Source: Parasitella parasitica NRRL 2501 (lineage: Eukaryota; Fungi; Mucoromycota). Taken from it: a stretch of DNA of 64,000 nucleotides. A program made the position numbers and the translations under genes. The stretch spans positions 124,001-188,000 of the forward strand of contig MU619273.1 of the NCBI GenBank assembly GCA_025201805.1. The letters are read 5' to 3'. Shown here one piece after another: positions 13,493-26,505 of the stretch. Each line of letters opens with the position of its first letter. The stretch's first letter is position 1. The notes beneath the pieces are model-generated. The model saw only the letters and a program-made list of their open reading frames with translations, did no database searches and was not told the origin of the DNA.

Positions 13493-13575
<83 letters not shown>
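13493..13575 (+). repeat. Poly(A) tract interrupted by TTTT
   Basis: Directly visible. Confidence 0.95.
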
Positions 13576-13579
<4 letters not shown>

Positions 13580-13749
13580 GGTTCACATCATTGTAAAAGT
13601 TTCCTATTGTTTCGTTGTTTGTCATGCTGAAAATTGCGAATATAAAAATGGTATGTTTCCGAAGTTGGTTTATTGATAAATGGTCAATTTTTGATTTCTA
13701 TACATCTCTCTCTCTTCTTTTCTTGACACACTAAAAGTTCTGTATTAGA

Positions 13750-15832
13750 ATGAAGATTCATCATGCGTCATGGCTTTCATTTGCGGTGATATTAATTGCC
13801 TCAAATGTACAAGCAGCAAACCCACTTGCTGACAGCCCCTTAATGCACCCAACTGGTGATCCATTAGATGGGCCATATGTAGCTCCGTCCGAGCCAAAGT
13901 ACGACTATGCAGAGGTCCTTCATAAAAGCTATCTGTTCTACCATGCCCAGAAATCGGGCGTGCTGCCGTACCAACGTATGGCCTGGAGATCTGATTCCTG
14001 CAAAGTCTGCGTTGGTGATTTCGGCGAAGATCTGTCCCGCGGCTGGTATGAAGCTGCAAATACCATGAAATGGGGTCTGCCTTTGGGTTGGACTGTCACG
14101 CAATTAGCCTTCAATATCATGATGTTTGAAGATTCCATGAATTCCGTTGATGAATTAGCTGAAGGTCTGGAGCTATTAAAGTGGGGCGCAGGTAAATATA
14201 TATCCGTATTGGTACATACAAGATTCACGGAAATTTATACACGTAGACTACATTACAAATGCGCATTATAACGACACCTACATCGTTGGTCAGTTGGGAA
14301 CATCTGCCGTCGGACCTATATCCAAGCAGGTTGAATTGGATGTTGATTTCAACTATTGGGGCCCTCCTGAAGAGTACGAGCAGTGGGTTCCGACAGGACT
14401 TCCTCATAAAGCCTACTATATCTCCCCTGATAACCCTTCATCCGAGATTGTGGGTGAATACAGTGCTGCTCTGGCGGCTATTTCTATCCCATGGAGAAAG
14501 CACAACGCAACTTACGCGGACACTTTAGTCGATCACGCAAAACGCCTTTACAAATTCGCTACTGATCATCCCGGCAGCTATGTTTCTTCCCGTCAAAATG
14601 CTTTCCAATGGGCTGCCTTTTGGTACCCTTCTACCCGCTACGAAGATGAATTGGCCTGGAGTGCTGCTTGGCTGTATGCTGCTACGAAAGATGAATTCTA
14701 CCTCAATGAAGCCAAGAAATGGTATGCTCAAGCTTCAGACTCTTGGACAGAGTATTCGTGGGACGAAAAGGGCGGTGGCCTTCATGTCCTGCTCTATGCT
14801 ATAACCAAAGATGGCCAGTTTTACAAGAACTCGATGGATTACTTTAACCAGTTCTTGCCCGGAAGCCCAACCCAAATCGTCAAATTCACGCCTCGAGGCC
14901 TTGCCTACATCGAGCACTGGGGTTCAGTTGGTTATTCTGGCAATGTCGCTTTTTTGATGTTGGCATTTGCTAAATCCATTGGCTACGAGACTGATGAAGC
15001 CAAAGCAATGACAACGTTTGCTGTTCAGCAAATCAATTATGCATTAGGTGATTACGGTTATAGCTGGGTAGTGGGCTTTGGTGATAATTATCCTTCTAAA
15101 CCGTATCACAAGTCCTCATACAACTCCTATATCGACTATCCTATGCGCGGTACTTTCCAAGACAAGGTAGAAGGCGACTTTTCCGAGTCAAGAACTGAGC
15201 AGCGTTTCATCCTCTACGGTGCTGTAGAGGGCGGGCCCAATGTCGACGATACCTGGTATGACGATCGTTCCAACTATGAATATTCTGAAGTGACTCAAGA
15301 TTACAATGCTGCTTGGACAGGCGCCATAGCCGGTTTGATTGATTTCTACGGATCGCAAAAGTTCGAGCCTTTCACTGATTGCGATTTGGATCTGGGCTGG
15401 TCTCACTCTAACGCTTCTGAGCCGCCAGCATGGCCAGAAGATGACTGTTATCACACCTGCAATAAGGGCTGTCCTCGGGGAGAGATGAAATCTTCATATG
15501 CATGGAAGCTCTTGACAGAACCTCAAGAACAGATGCACAAGCAGTTAGAAGTGCTTTATCCTGGCCAAGGCTTATTGAGGGCTGCTGCTCTTGAAGGAAA
15601 AACCATTGAAGACTTGAAGGCAATGGGTATTAAAGTAAGCAATAGTGATGAAGAGGATGATGATGAAGTGGAAGAAGACAGTGTGGGCGACGAAGTCAAG
15701 GCAGCCGGTTTTGCACCAAAATCCAAGTCCAAACATCGAGGTAAACATGCATCTGGCGCGAATAAAACCACGACCTTTGCTTTACTTACATCTGCCATAA
15801 TGGCATTCGCTGTATATGCTATCAACCTTTAA
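13750..15832 (+). CDS. Glycoside hydrolase family 9 protein with signal peptide and hydrophobic C-terminus (probable GPI anchor), 2 exons
   Basis: DYAEVLHKSYLFYHAQKSG..WRSDS...DLSRGWYEAANTMKWGLPLGWT, YEDELAWSAAWLY, YSWDEK, QINYALGD..YSWVVGFG..YP.KPYHKSS, LYGAVEGGP..DD...DDRSNYEYSEVTQDYNA. Hydrophobic N- and C-termini. Confidence 0.93.
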
Positions 15833-16196
15833 ATTGTCATTTTATACATCATATTCAATAAACCCAATTATAAAATTCGATGGTGTCATTCTGTTTTTTG
15901 ACCACTGCTAACATTTTCGTTTATAGCAATTTTTATATAAACTATTCAAAGGAAGCACCAAGTGGCCGCTCTCCATTGCAGAAAAAAAATGAACCTACTG
16001 TTTGCTGGACAGCATCTCACAATCTCATCTAATTTGGAGCCATTTATACTGAAAAGTGCTCCAGCTAAATCTTATAATTTTTCCTTCTCAATGTTTAGAG
16101 AGAGAGAGAGAGAGTACCTTCGTTTTACGTTATAGCTTTTTTTTTTTTAATCAATACAAGTTCATTAATAAATTAAAGAAAGAAAAAAAAAGTATT

Positions 16197-18540
16197 CTAA
16201 TGCTTCTTTCCTCGTCTTTTTCTATGGCTTTTGTTGACTATAATATGGTCAGCCCAATCATGCGTTTGATTCATCATTAGCTCCTCTTCCCTCGACACAA
16301 CTTGTCTAGTGCCCCACACAGTACGTGGACCTCTGCTCACATGGGCAGCGGGCACAATGAGATCCTCTTCAGGAGCCGAGGACGCAGCAGATTCGCTCAG
16401 TGCTTGTGATAGCTGTTCTTCGCTTTCCTCTGCTGTCATTACAGGACGGTACATGGAAAAGAAGGGGTCATTTTCCAACATTTGACGCTCTGCCTCATGT
16501 TCTTTGACAACTTGAAACTTCTGCCTGTTTTCTGCCTGTTTTCTTCTCTGATCCTCCTTTCTCTCTTTGTCTTTTCGTTTCTTTACCCGAGCTACCAATT
16601 CCTCTAATAACAATAACAATAACAATAATAATAAAAGTGTCAATGTCGAGCCCTCCGAGATAAGAAAAAAAAAAAAACTGTACATACCGTTGTATATTTG
16701 TATCGTTTCAGGAGACACAATGTCCTTGACGTTGATTTCCATGAACGTAACATCACAAGCAAGCGGCAAATGACCCAAATATTTGCATTTCTTTCGAAGA
16801 TCTTCAGTCAGCGTCGATTCTTGCACGCTGGTTGCCTGCACCTGAAGTTGATGAGGGAATTGGTCATAGTTGCCAAATTCATGTTTCAAAATACGAATGT
16901 CGAGAGGATGCAAATAGACATGCTGTCCATCAACAGCCTGGTAAAAATAAAAGTCAGTGGCAGGTGTGTTGTTGTTATTGCCATGGCACTGATGTGTAGT
17001 GGCTACTGAAGGAGACTGATTTGCATTGATATCGTCGCCCGCTTGATGGGAGAGTTGATACTGACGGTACGCTTCGGGCACTTGCTCCTGCGCCTTATCA
17101 GCTTGATGCAGCTGTTGGGACACTGGTGTCTTTCCGTGTTTCTTTGCATATTTTGCAACTGCTTCAAACATCATATCTGAAGTTTGAATAGCCAGCTCCA
17201 GCTCTTTTGTGTTTTGCTCATCCAATTGCTTCATTTTGGCCAATATTTGATCAACGCTTTTCTCGATAAAGGGCATCTCCTCAGCAGAGCCCCATCCTTT
17301 TGCATCGGCCATAGCATCGTTCAATTCAACGCAATCTCTATTATGCTCTCGTTTAAGGTAGTCTGGACTTGCTAGCATAAATCGAGCAAATGTCATTGCT
17401 CCAGGCGTAAAATGCCAAGGTATCAAAGGTGTGTCTGGTTTCATGTAGTTACAAGTGACATTAGGTGGTAGAGGCCACGTATCAGAGAGTGGAAATGCTA
17501 ATGTGGAATCATTTGCTCGCTGCATCAATGCCATGTCAACTCGATCGCCCTCGGTGACGCCACAGCTTAACGTCGTTGATGCCGTGGTTGCTGCAGCCGC
17601 AGCAGCTGCTTCTGCTGTAGTGGTAGTAGTAGCTGATTGGCGATGATGGTCTGATACAGCAAAAGGCTTCATAATGCGGACTGGCTTGAGATCAGCTTCA
17701 TAAATAGAGTCCCAGCAGATGGGGCATTTGCGCCAATTCCTTTTGGATTCACGCAAGGCAAGATAGTGTAAAATGCACGGTAAACAGTAGATATGGCCAC
17801 ATTTAGTTACTCTGGCAGCTGTAGGAGGTGATAAGCAGATCGGACACAACTGAGTCTCTGAAGAGGAGATGAGCTACGCTGATTGATTAGTAACAAGTTC
17901 GGGTAAGAAACCAAACAATTCAATACTTTACAACTTGCTCGATAGTTTCCCAATCAAAATTGATGTCTGGATCTGCCAATTGATAGATGTAATTACCAGT
18001 GGAATTCAACATGAATCGAAAACTACATGACATGAGCATGTGCGTATTTTTAGAGTCACTGTAGTCCCATGCCTCCCTGTCTGCCTTACTTTGCATTAAT
18101 AAACCTTTCTTTGTTGAAAGGTTGATAAGACGTTGTCCTTGCTTTTCGATGTGGAGTTGCAGGAGGTGCTTGTCTTTCAGGAAAAGAAAATCCAAGTAAA
18201 TGGTTCAGAGACACTCGCCCCTTCTTGTCTGTTGATCCACCAGTACGTTGAGCTACTTGAAGCAGGTTCAAGCTGTCCAAATCAGAAACTACTCGCTCAT
18301 AATCTCGATTGCCATTGTTGGAAGGGCGCTTTTTGTCTGTATGTAATTTTGCAAATTAGTGTCGCGTAGAGTTATACGATCGTATTTCCACACAGTATAA
18401 TAAAACTCACTTGGGCGTTTCTTCCTGCCATTTCCGTTGTTTCTGTCTCGAGAAGATGTGCTGCCATTGTTACTGTTTGCTCTTCCTTCGCCTGCTGATG
18501 CTGATGGTACAAAACTGGCTGCTGACGCATTCATACTCAT
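16197..18540 (-). CDS. RNF10: RING finger protein RNF10/Mag2 family E3 ligase, multi-exon
   Basis: SLNHLLGFSF, FNKERFINANFRF, LADPDINFDWE, C3HC4 RING CPICL..PTAARVTKCGHIYCLPCILHYL...WRKCPIC, FYFYQAVDGQHVYLHPLDIRIL, and KYLGHLP. Confidence 0.9.
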
Positions 18541-19417
18541 TATGAGGATTTGAAATCAATTGAAATCGTTTCAAAAAAAAGAAAAAAAAAAAAATGTATA
18601 TATATTATTGTCGTCTAAATTATATACATAAATTCACAAAGGCTTTTTGTACAAAGTTTAAAACACTAGTGTCTAAACAGACAAAGCTTCAAGAAGGAAA
18701 AGAGAAAAAGAAAATTTTTTATTTGTATATGCTTCATTGTCGCTTCGCGAAACACACATACGTCGCAGCAACCACAGATGCATTGACATTAGCTCAATGC
18801 CAAGTTCTCTATAACGAACCACAGTTTTTTATTCTGCGTACTGTAACATAAATTAAGCGTAGCAAAGTATTTTCGAGTGTTATTCACCCCCAAAGCTTGC
18901 TTTAACAATTCTGTAACAAAAAAAAAAAGTCTTAATTTTGAGATATCATCTGCGTTCGTTGTGCAAAAATTAATGATTTTTTAAATCTGAAGACAAAATT
19001 ATTTACATACAAAATTAAATGGGCTACCAAGCACAAAAATATAAAGCCATAATAAAGTTATTTTTCGCAAAGATATACAAGGGTCTTTCACAATTTGAAG
19101 TTGCCTCCTGTCTTCATAATCCTAGAAATTGAAAGAATTGAAGCGGGTATTCACGGTAAATCACACCATTCGCCTGCAAATCATGAAATTAATCTCATTA
19201 CCTAACCGGAGAACACGTACAGTAGAAAAGTCCCTGTAAACTTACAAAGCAATCATGCAGCTCTTCCCAATGTATGATGTAATATTGTTCCTTTATTGAG
19301 GGCTAAATAATTTATCCTCTGGTATTTAAACCAGATGGTTCGAAAATGCGAGGTTGATTTCTTTTTTTCTTTTTCCCGTTTTTTATTCCTTTTTGATCTC
19401 TACCAGCCGAGCAAACC

Positions 19418-20181
19418 ATGAAGAAAATAAATAATTTCGCCTCAAGTATCGCGACTACAGTTAATTCGCCTATTCCTACCAGCCTAAGAGGTAAGCTGAG
19501 GTCTGTTTATTTTGAATGTCATTCTGAATATGTATAAATAAAAATTAGGTGAATGTCAAAAAGCAGCGAAAATCCTCAACAGCTTTATAGGTTAAGCGAA
19601 AAAAAGATAAAAAAAAAAAGCAAAAATTAGTGTATTGACATTAATGCTGTAGACCCTGGACAAGGAATGGACAAGATAATACCTGAGAATATTTTGGAAA
19701 AAGCCCAGGGTTTAGCCATTTATACAGTGCTCAAAGCAGGTTTTTTGTTCTCGGGACGTGCAGGAAGTGGCATTGTTATTTCAAGGTAAATGTAGAGTCA
19801 TTGGTTCAAGTCGAAAGATACTAATAATACCAATGTGCGGTTTAGATTACCTGAAGGAGGTAAACATTGTAGCGCTTTTTTTTTTATAATGTACAATAAG
19901 CGTGTAACATGATATCATACACTTTAGGCTGGTCAGCTCCATCGGCCATTGCAACTGGTGGTATAGGCGCAGGTGGTCAAATCGGTAAGTCGTTGCATAA
20001 CACTAATAAGACTATGAACAGATAAATATTAACAGATAAACAAAAGGTGCCGAATTGACCGATTTCGTGCTTGTTTTGAATACCCAACAAGCTGTCAAGA
20101 CTTTTTCTCAGGCTGGCAACGTTACCTTGGGCGGCAATGTGTCAAGTAAGTAAAAATAAAGGGAGGAGGAGGGGAGGGGGG

Positions 20182-20224
<43 letters not shown>

Positions 20225-21134
20225 GAAAACAAGGAGTTCATAGCCAAAGTGGTACTTAGCATTTTGCGTTTAGTTGCTGCTGGGCCTCTCGGACGCAACG
20301 CGGAGGCGTCTGGCAGTGCCAATTTAAAGCATATTGCCGCCATCTACTCATATAGCAAGACGAGAGGCTTGTTTGCAGGTGTATCGTTAGAAGGCTCTGT
20401 GGTAGTCTCAAGAGGAGATGCTAACGAGAAGCTTTACGGACGACGTGTTACTGCCAAGGAATTGCTCAGTGGAGCTATACCTCCCCCACCTGAGGCTGAT
20501 GCGTTGTACAGAGCCTTGAATGCCAAGTTTCATACATTGGGAGAGCAGACGTATTCGCCACGTAGCATCAATGGGGAAGACGGCTCTCCTCGCTCTATAG
20601 GACGCAGTAGTAGCACATTTAAGAGTACACATATATCTGCACCAGGCACATTACGACAGCCACCTCCAATTAGACAGTCAGGCGGTTATGGCGCGCCAAT
20701 GGCTATGCCACAGCAACCCTACAGCTCATCGCCATCCTCTCCGCCTGCTTACAATAATAATTACAATAATAGTTACGGACAAGATGTCAAACCACAGATG
20801 AATAACTACAGCAGCGCGAATAATCCTGCCACTCAAGCAGCCGCCAAAAGAGCGCCACCGCCACCTCCTCCTAGTAGAAAGCCTGTAATGGCGCCATCAG
20901 AACCAGTTGCAAAAGCTCTTTATGCATTTGAGGGCCAACAACAGGGTGATTTAAGCTTCCAGGAAGGAGAAGTGATTACAATCGTCCAGAAAACTGATAG
21001 TCAGGATGACTGGTGGACTGGAAAGATCAATGGTAGACAAGGCATTGTAAGTATTGGAGAGAAGGAGAAAAAAAGAAAAGAGGCTAACTACATGTTTTCT
21101 GTAGTTTCCTGCAAATTATGTTCAATTGCAATGA
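19418..21134 (+). CDS. YSC84: Ysc84/Lsb3/SH3YL1 actin- and lipid-binding protein (SYLF/YAB domain plus C-terminal SH3), many short exons
   Basis: NSPIPTSLRGECQKAAKILNSF, KAGFLFSGRAGSGIVI, WSAPSAIATGG.GAGGQIGAELTDFV, YSYSKTRGLFAGVSLEG, and SH3 ALYAFEGQQQGDLSF...DDWWTG...GIFPANYVQLQ*. Confidence 0.93.
20186..20220 (+). repeat. (GA)n microsatellite, intronic
   Basis: Directly visible inside a YSC84 intron. Confidence 0.9.
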
Positions 21135-21659
21135 TTGAATAATTGCAATTTTTAATAAATTAATTAATAAATTTAAAGCTATACTACAATGCAAGGTATT
21201 CTTGACCGCTTGTTCAATATAAGGAATCTTATCGGTGTGAATGCTGTAAATAAACGCTTTGATATGCTTGTATCTGCCTGAATTTAAACGACTCATAAAA
21301 AACTCTTGTTATTGCAGGTGTAGAGATCCCCCCACCCAATTCGCATCTATTGCTTAATTATGACCAACATGATCAACCATTAGAAGAAAAAAGTCGACAC
21401 CAACTCGTGATGTCTCTTCGATGTAATTGGAGGATGCAATATACCGGTACAGTAACTCCACAAGTTGAAACAATCACTTGCCTTCCAAATCACGAAATAA
21501 GGTACAACCATTCATTGATTTCCCAGGTACTGTAGAAATCATAGACTTGTAAGCCGCGTATTTTGTTCCAAGAGTTTGCGCCATATCTACAACAGGCATA
21601 CCAGCCTTTTTCAGCGTTGCCACAATTGTCCTGTCTTTACGACGAGCAAGGAGCACGGA

Positions 21660-21800
21660 GAAGGGGATTGCCACAAACACATGCCACTTCATAATTGCTT
21701 TAAAGCGACTCATTTCCATGTAGTCACCAAAATCAATGTTGAGAGAATAATGGCAGGAGCTTTTTTCCCAATAAATACTTATATCTAGGCAGGCAAAATA
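21660..21800 (-). mobile_element. piggyBac-like transposase fragment
   Basis: IYWEK...DFGDYMEMSRFKAIMKWHVF resembles the piggyBac YW...F...MS..RF..I...LHF segment. Short and isolated. Confidence 0.45.
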
Positions 21801-21844
21801 TTTGATTGATGTCTTGTTGTCTGTCAATAACTTGATGATCGAGT

Positions 21845-22140
21845 TTCCAATATTCTGCAGCTCTCTTACCTTGATTGGCCTTTGTGTCTCTTCTTTGGTT
21901 CAAAACCCCATGTGTCTGTATGAGTAGTGAGTGAACTCCCCCAACCGGTGGCTGAACTTTCTGTCGTGATGATTACCTTTGGCTTTTGCGCGGTTATTCT
22001 GTGTATTGGTAGACCATTCTTGTCTGTCAAGAATTTCTGCCACCATGTCGCTTCCTCCACCGCTGATTGATCCAGATGACAACGTTCTCCCCAGTTGTGT
22101 GCATGCGGCGCTAAGCTTCTCGATAGGCATCCTGATCTGA
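21845..22140 (-). mobile_element. DIRS-type (tyrosine-recombinase retrotransposon) RNase H relic
   Basis: EEATWWQKFLTDKNGLPI...PKVIITTESSATGWG...TWGF, then after a frameshift TKEETQRPIKVRELQ. Matches the DIRS RNase H pattern EL.WW....NG.PI...TDAS..GWG...W...E....IN.RE. The catalytic Asp is degenerate. Confidence 0.7.
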
Positions 22141-22735
22141 TACTACATTCCAGTAGCTTTATAGTAACATCTTGTGTGTGCGGTCGTCATTTTCATATCT
22201 TTTTTTTTATTTTTTATTTTAGGCTGAAAAATGTATAAGCACTGTCATCAGTCTAGTACGACTGTATCATAAGTTTCGCATCATACTGAGCTACAAGATG
22301 CACTGCCAGCTCTTAAGTTAGCCTTTTCATATCCAAAGACTACTAAAACAGGTTTCCTAAGCATATTACTTGTAACGTATTACGTTTGTGCTTTTAAAAT
22401 CTACAGTATAAAATTGCAGAACATTGGCAATTCGCTTTAGCCTTGCATTGAAAGACATCCGACATCATGGTGTCATGCAGGAGCATATCACGACTACACA
22501 TTCACTTTGATTATTCAAGCAAATTTGTATAAGAGAATCTTTCTAGACAGCTTCGTCTTGCAAAACAAAAGCACTCTTGACGGATCGCTCTAAACCATGT
22601 TCAATTGCCTTGATCTGACGTTTAAAATAACTGAAAAAAAAAAAAAAAAAACTGTATATAAAACAACATTTTTTCATTATTCCATTCATTTTTCATTCTG
22701 TTTAGCAGACCCAACTGTACAAAGTTTAGCATAGA

Positions 22736-23257
22736 ATGCCTCCTGTTACAGAAGAACACATATACACCGATCATGTTCATCCCTGGGAAGAGATTGTCGA
22801 GTATGTTTGTAAGTATATAACGCCATGATGAAAAGAAAACACACAATAAATACAAAAGTTATAAGCCCGTAACGAAGTGAGCAAACTGCGCAGAAATGTC
22901 GATGGCCAGGCAGTGTACAAAAAGTGGACTTCTGACACTCTGGAGAGATACGGTACGGTTGAAAATTTCCTATTAAAAGAAAAGCTTCACTGGCCTGTTG
23001 ATGATCCCAAGCCAATTTTGGTGCTCCCAAATGACTTTCCTTATTCAGTTGACCCTGGAATTGAGCATATCTTGATCTGGTCTAAAGAGCCCTTGGACGC
23101 TGAATATGTAGAATCTGTATTAGACGAAAGATACGGCGCAACAGTTTGGGAATGGGTCTATTTTGTTAATCCGCCTGAATGGCAGAGCATTCCTACCTTG
23201 CCTCATGTGCATGTATTTATGCGCAAACGAGTCGCCACTGATGGTTTGAATAAATAA
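22736..23257 (+). CDS. DUF3605/Gig1-like protein, 2 exons
   Basis: HPWEEIVEYV|SRNEVSKLRR...Y..W, LPNDFPY...GIEHILIWSK, and FVNPPEWQSIPTLPHVHVF. Intron 22809-22865. Confidence 0.82.
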
Positions 23258-23925
23258 CAAGCCTGTTGTGCTGATCATGATAAAAGAAAACATATTGTTT
23301 TTTTTTTGTGCAGGCTTGTAATAATAATATATGTGCATTATCAATTGAATGTGCCACAAAAGCAGTTCAGAAGTTTGTTGTGATAGCAACTGCCTTGGCA
23401 ACAAGTAGATCTTGAAATTCAGTTTGTGTAATTTACACACTTCTTTGTATTCTTTTTCTTTTTCAGCGATCTGATTGAAATGACCCAGCAGCATCGACTT
23501 TCACTGCATCTGATGTCAGTCAATCTGAGAAGGCCAGACGCTAAGCTTTTTACAGGTAGTACACTGATTCGATTTGAAAGGGTACATATTTATCAACACT
23601 TGTATTTTTTTTTTTTTTTTGCGCATACAATCATGCTGATGCATCCCTTGATGATTTTATAGGCTTTCAAGATGTACATTCACAGATGGCTAGTATACCT
23701 GGGCTGTGTAGCTCTTGTTTGTTTGTTGCTAATGATGGATCTAGCCAACTCAGAGCCAACAAGAGTGAAATGACTCACCAAATGTCTGCTCGAATATGCC
23801 TTTTTTAAGCATCCGCATCTTTTTCGCCCTTGACCGAGCAAATGTTTGATGGGTATATAAATAAAGCTAGTTTTGCCTTAATTTATATTCTTCTTCTTGT
23901 GCTATCATAATTTAAAAAACTAAAA

Positions 23926-25058
23926 ATGATGACTGACGGCTCTTACACACTGGACAAACTTCGCAGCACTTTGATCCGTTTAGAAGATACAATCATCTTT
24001 GGTAAAATAGGCTTTCATTGATGCAAAATCCTTCCATGATGGCAAAAGAAGAAAAAAATTTTTTTTTTACAACTTTTACTGATTCAAAAAATAGCACTTA
24101 TCGAACGAGCTCAATTTGCCTTGAATCCTTGTGTATATAAAAAAGGTGATCTTGAATTCAAAGGTGCAACTGGCGATCGCAGCTTTTTGGAGTATTTCTT
24201 CTGGGAAACTGAAAAAGTGCATGGTAAATATTTGATTTTGAGAATAGCAACATTTATTGATTTGCGATTCTCTCTCGCTCTCTTTCAAACAGCCAAAGTG
24301 CGCAGATATACAAGGTATACTGAAAATTGCGTTTCCAAATTAACTATCCACTAATTGCTTGTAAAAAAAAAACAACAACAACAACACAACACAATAAAAC
24401 AAAACAAAACAAAAAGCCCTGATGAATATGCATTTACATCTCCTTTGCCAGAGCCAATTCTTCCACCACTCGATTTTGACAGATTTCTGGAGCCAAACAC
24501 GATCAATGTCAATGACCGAATCATGGACATCTATGTCAAGGACATTGTTCCTACCATCTCTAAAAACACAGACGACATGAATTACGGTAGCTCAGTGACA
24601 AAAGACATTGAAGCGCTGCAAGCCTTGAGTAAACGTATTCATTACGGTAAGCAAGCAACTATCGTAGCCTGCTCTTTCCTTTTTTTTTTTTTTTTTTTTG
24701 CTGAATCAGTAACATGATAGGCAAGTTTATTGCAGAATCCAAGTTTAGGTCGAATCCCGAGGAGTATATTCGCTTGGCTGTGGCTGAAGACCGAGAAAAG
24801 ATCGACGAATTGCTAACAAATAGGGCTGTCGAAAAGAAGGTGCTGGAAAGACTTCGCAGAAAGGCTTTGGTTTACGGCCAGACACTGGATGAAGAGCAAG
24901 AAGGCACAAGCAAGCATTTGCGTATCCCAGTAGATGTCGTTGTGGATCTGTACAAAAAATGGGCGATTCCCTTGACCAAGGAAGTCGAAGTTGATTATCT
25001 TATTGCTAGAGGAAAAAACGCTGCTGCTGCTGCTGCTGCTGCAGTGAGTAATCAATAA
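23926..25058 (+). CDS. ARO7: Chorismate mutase (eukaryotic AroQ type), multi-exon
   Basis: LDKLRSTLIRLEDTIIFALIERAQF, ETEKVHAKVRRY.SPDEYAF, NYGSS...DIEALQALSKRIHYGKFIAESKF, and IPLTKEVEVDYL. Confidence 0.95.
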
Positions 25059-25371
25059 AGTTTTGTATTGATTATATTTGCAAAATCGTTCAATTTAAAG
25101 TATACATGTGCATATATATTTGTGTCAGGTTAATGCAACAATAGACAAACAAAACTTTATACATCGACATCCGAGGGAGTTTTGCATCCAAACATTGTAT
25201 GAACCGATACATTTAAAAATAGGCCTCGTCATAATATGATACTTCTGATGCGTATGAACGCAAATCAAGAAGGAGAGACCCACAATGAAGAAAACCCCCC
25301 TAGTACAAAACAGCATTGTTTTTCCTTTTTCATTTTCTCTTGCTTATTCATGCGCTGCTTTGGCTAATAAT

Positions 25372-26480
25372 ATGGATCCTCCATCATTGATAGACGAACG
25401 GCTCGACCCACAGCACAACTTGCATCAGCTGCAGCTACCGGCTACACCACGTCCTAGTAGAGCCAGCGTTTTCAGCACAGCCTATTCTAGCCGACCCAAC
25501 CCAAATGCAGCCATCAACACTATTCGCTACCCACCCCGCATTCCGAGGTTGAGGCGGCCGCAAGTGCCTGCTCACAGAGACACAAGCGCCAGAGATCGCC
25601 CAAGCAGCATCAGCTCAGCGGTTTCAATGACAAGAGATTTGCATAGACAGTCTGGGTCTTCCATAGATCCTGATGAATATCAGCAAATAAACGATGATGT
25701 GATCCTCAGCAATAGCATCTACGACTTGCATTGTGTGGCAGACGAAAAGGCAGTCGATTTAGCACATATTTGCAATATAGACATTGAAAAAGTGCCTTCA
25801 AGCACAAATTTTGTTTCGTTGGAGTTTGCAGTGGTATCAGAAGACGGAGGACAGTATAGCTCAACTTACAACGTTCACAACATTCTCAAAAACGATGGCA
25901 CAGTGTACTGGTATGTGGTAAATACAGAGAGTTGTAAAAAAAAAAAAAAAAGTTAAATGAGATACATCTAGTTCTGAGCGATGCGGCACAATCAACATTT
26001 TACTGCAATACAGAGGCGTGGAAGATGTTAAAAAGCAACACGGCAGATACTGCGTGCTGTCGCATATTGTCATTAAATCGCCCACTCATGGATATACAGC
26101 ACCGTGTAAGGAAGGCATGATTTTCATATCGCACAAGCCTATTGACGTTGAGGGTGAGTTCACACATATAGACATACATCTAGGTACTTTTCTGATCATT
26201 TCGATGCGCAGGGACTCGAGCATTTGATCTATTCACAAAGAATAATTTCGAAAAGTACACGCAGCTAAACCAACACAGCCTAGACGACTCTGACCCCGTT
26301 GCATGGTTTAGTGCGTCAAATCAGCGCCAATGCGTGGTGAATATGCAAGAAAAAAGTGGGAAATACGTTTTAATCAAATTACTGCGAGCAGACTACGAGT
26401 CAGAGAACATGGATCTGCAGTACATTGGTTTTGTGGGCTACACAGGGAGCCGGTGCTTTGCGAAAGCCAAAATTTGCTAG
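25372..26480 (+). CDS. Conserved fungal hypothetical protein with a probable galactose-binding-like (jelly-roll) domain, 3 exons
   Basis: Disordered N-terminus, then LEFAVVSEDGGQYSSTYNVHNILKNDGTVYCS, LSHIVIKSP..GYTAP.KEGMIFIS, and SGKYVLIKLL....ENMDLQYIGFVGY.G. Introns restore frame. Confidence 0.75.
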
Positions 26481-26505
26481 GATTATTTACAAGGCGTGGT
26501 TTTTA

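Noticed and set aside
16604-16687. Apparent poly-Leu transmembrane segment in the RNF10 ORF
   Set aside because: It is an 84-nt stop-free GT-AG intron (gtatgt...ttag) read through by the ORF finder.
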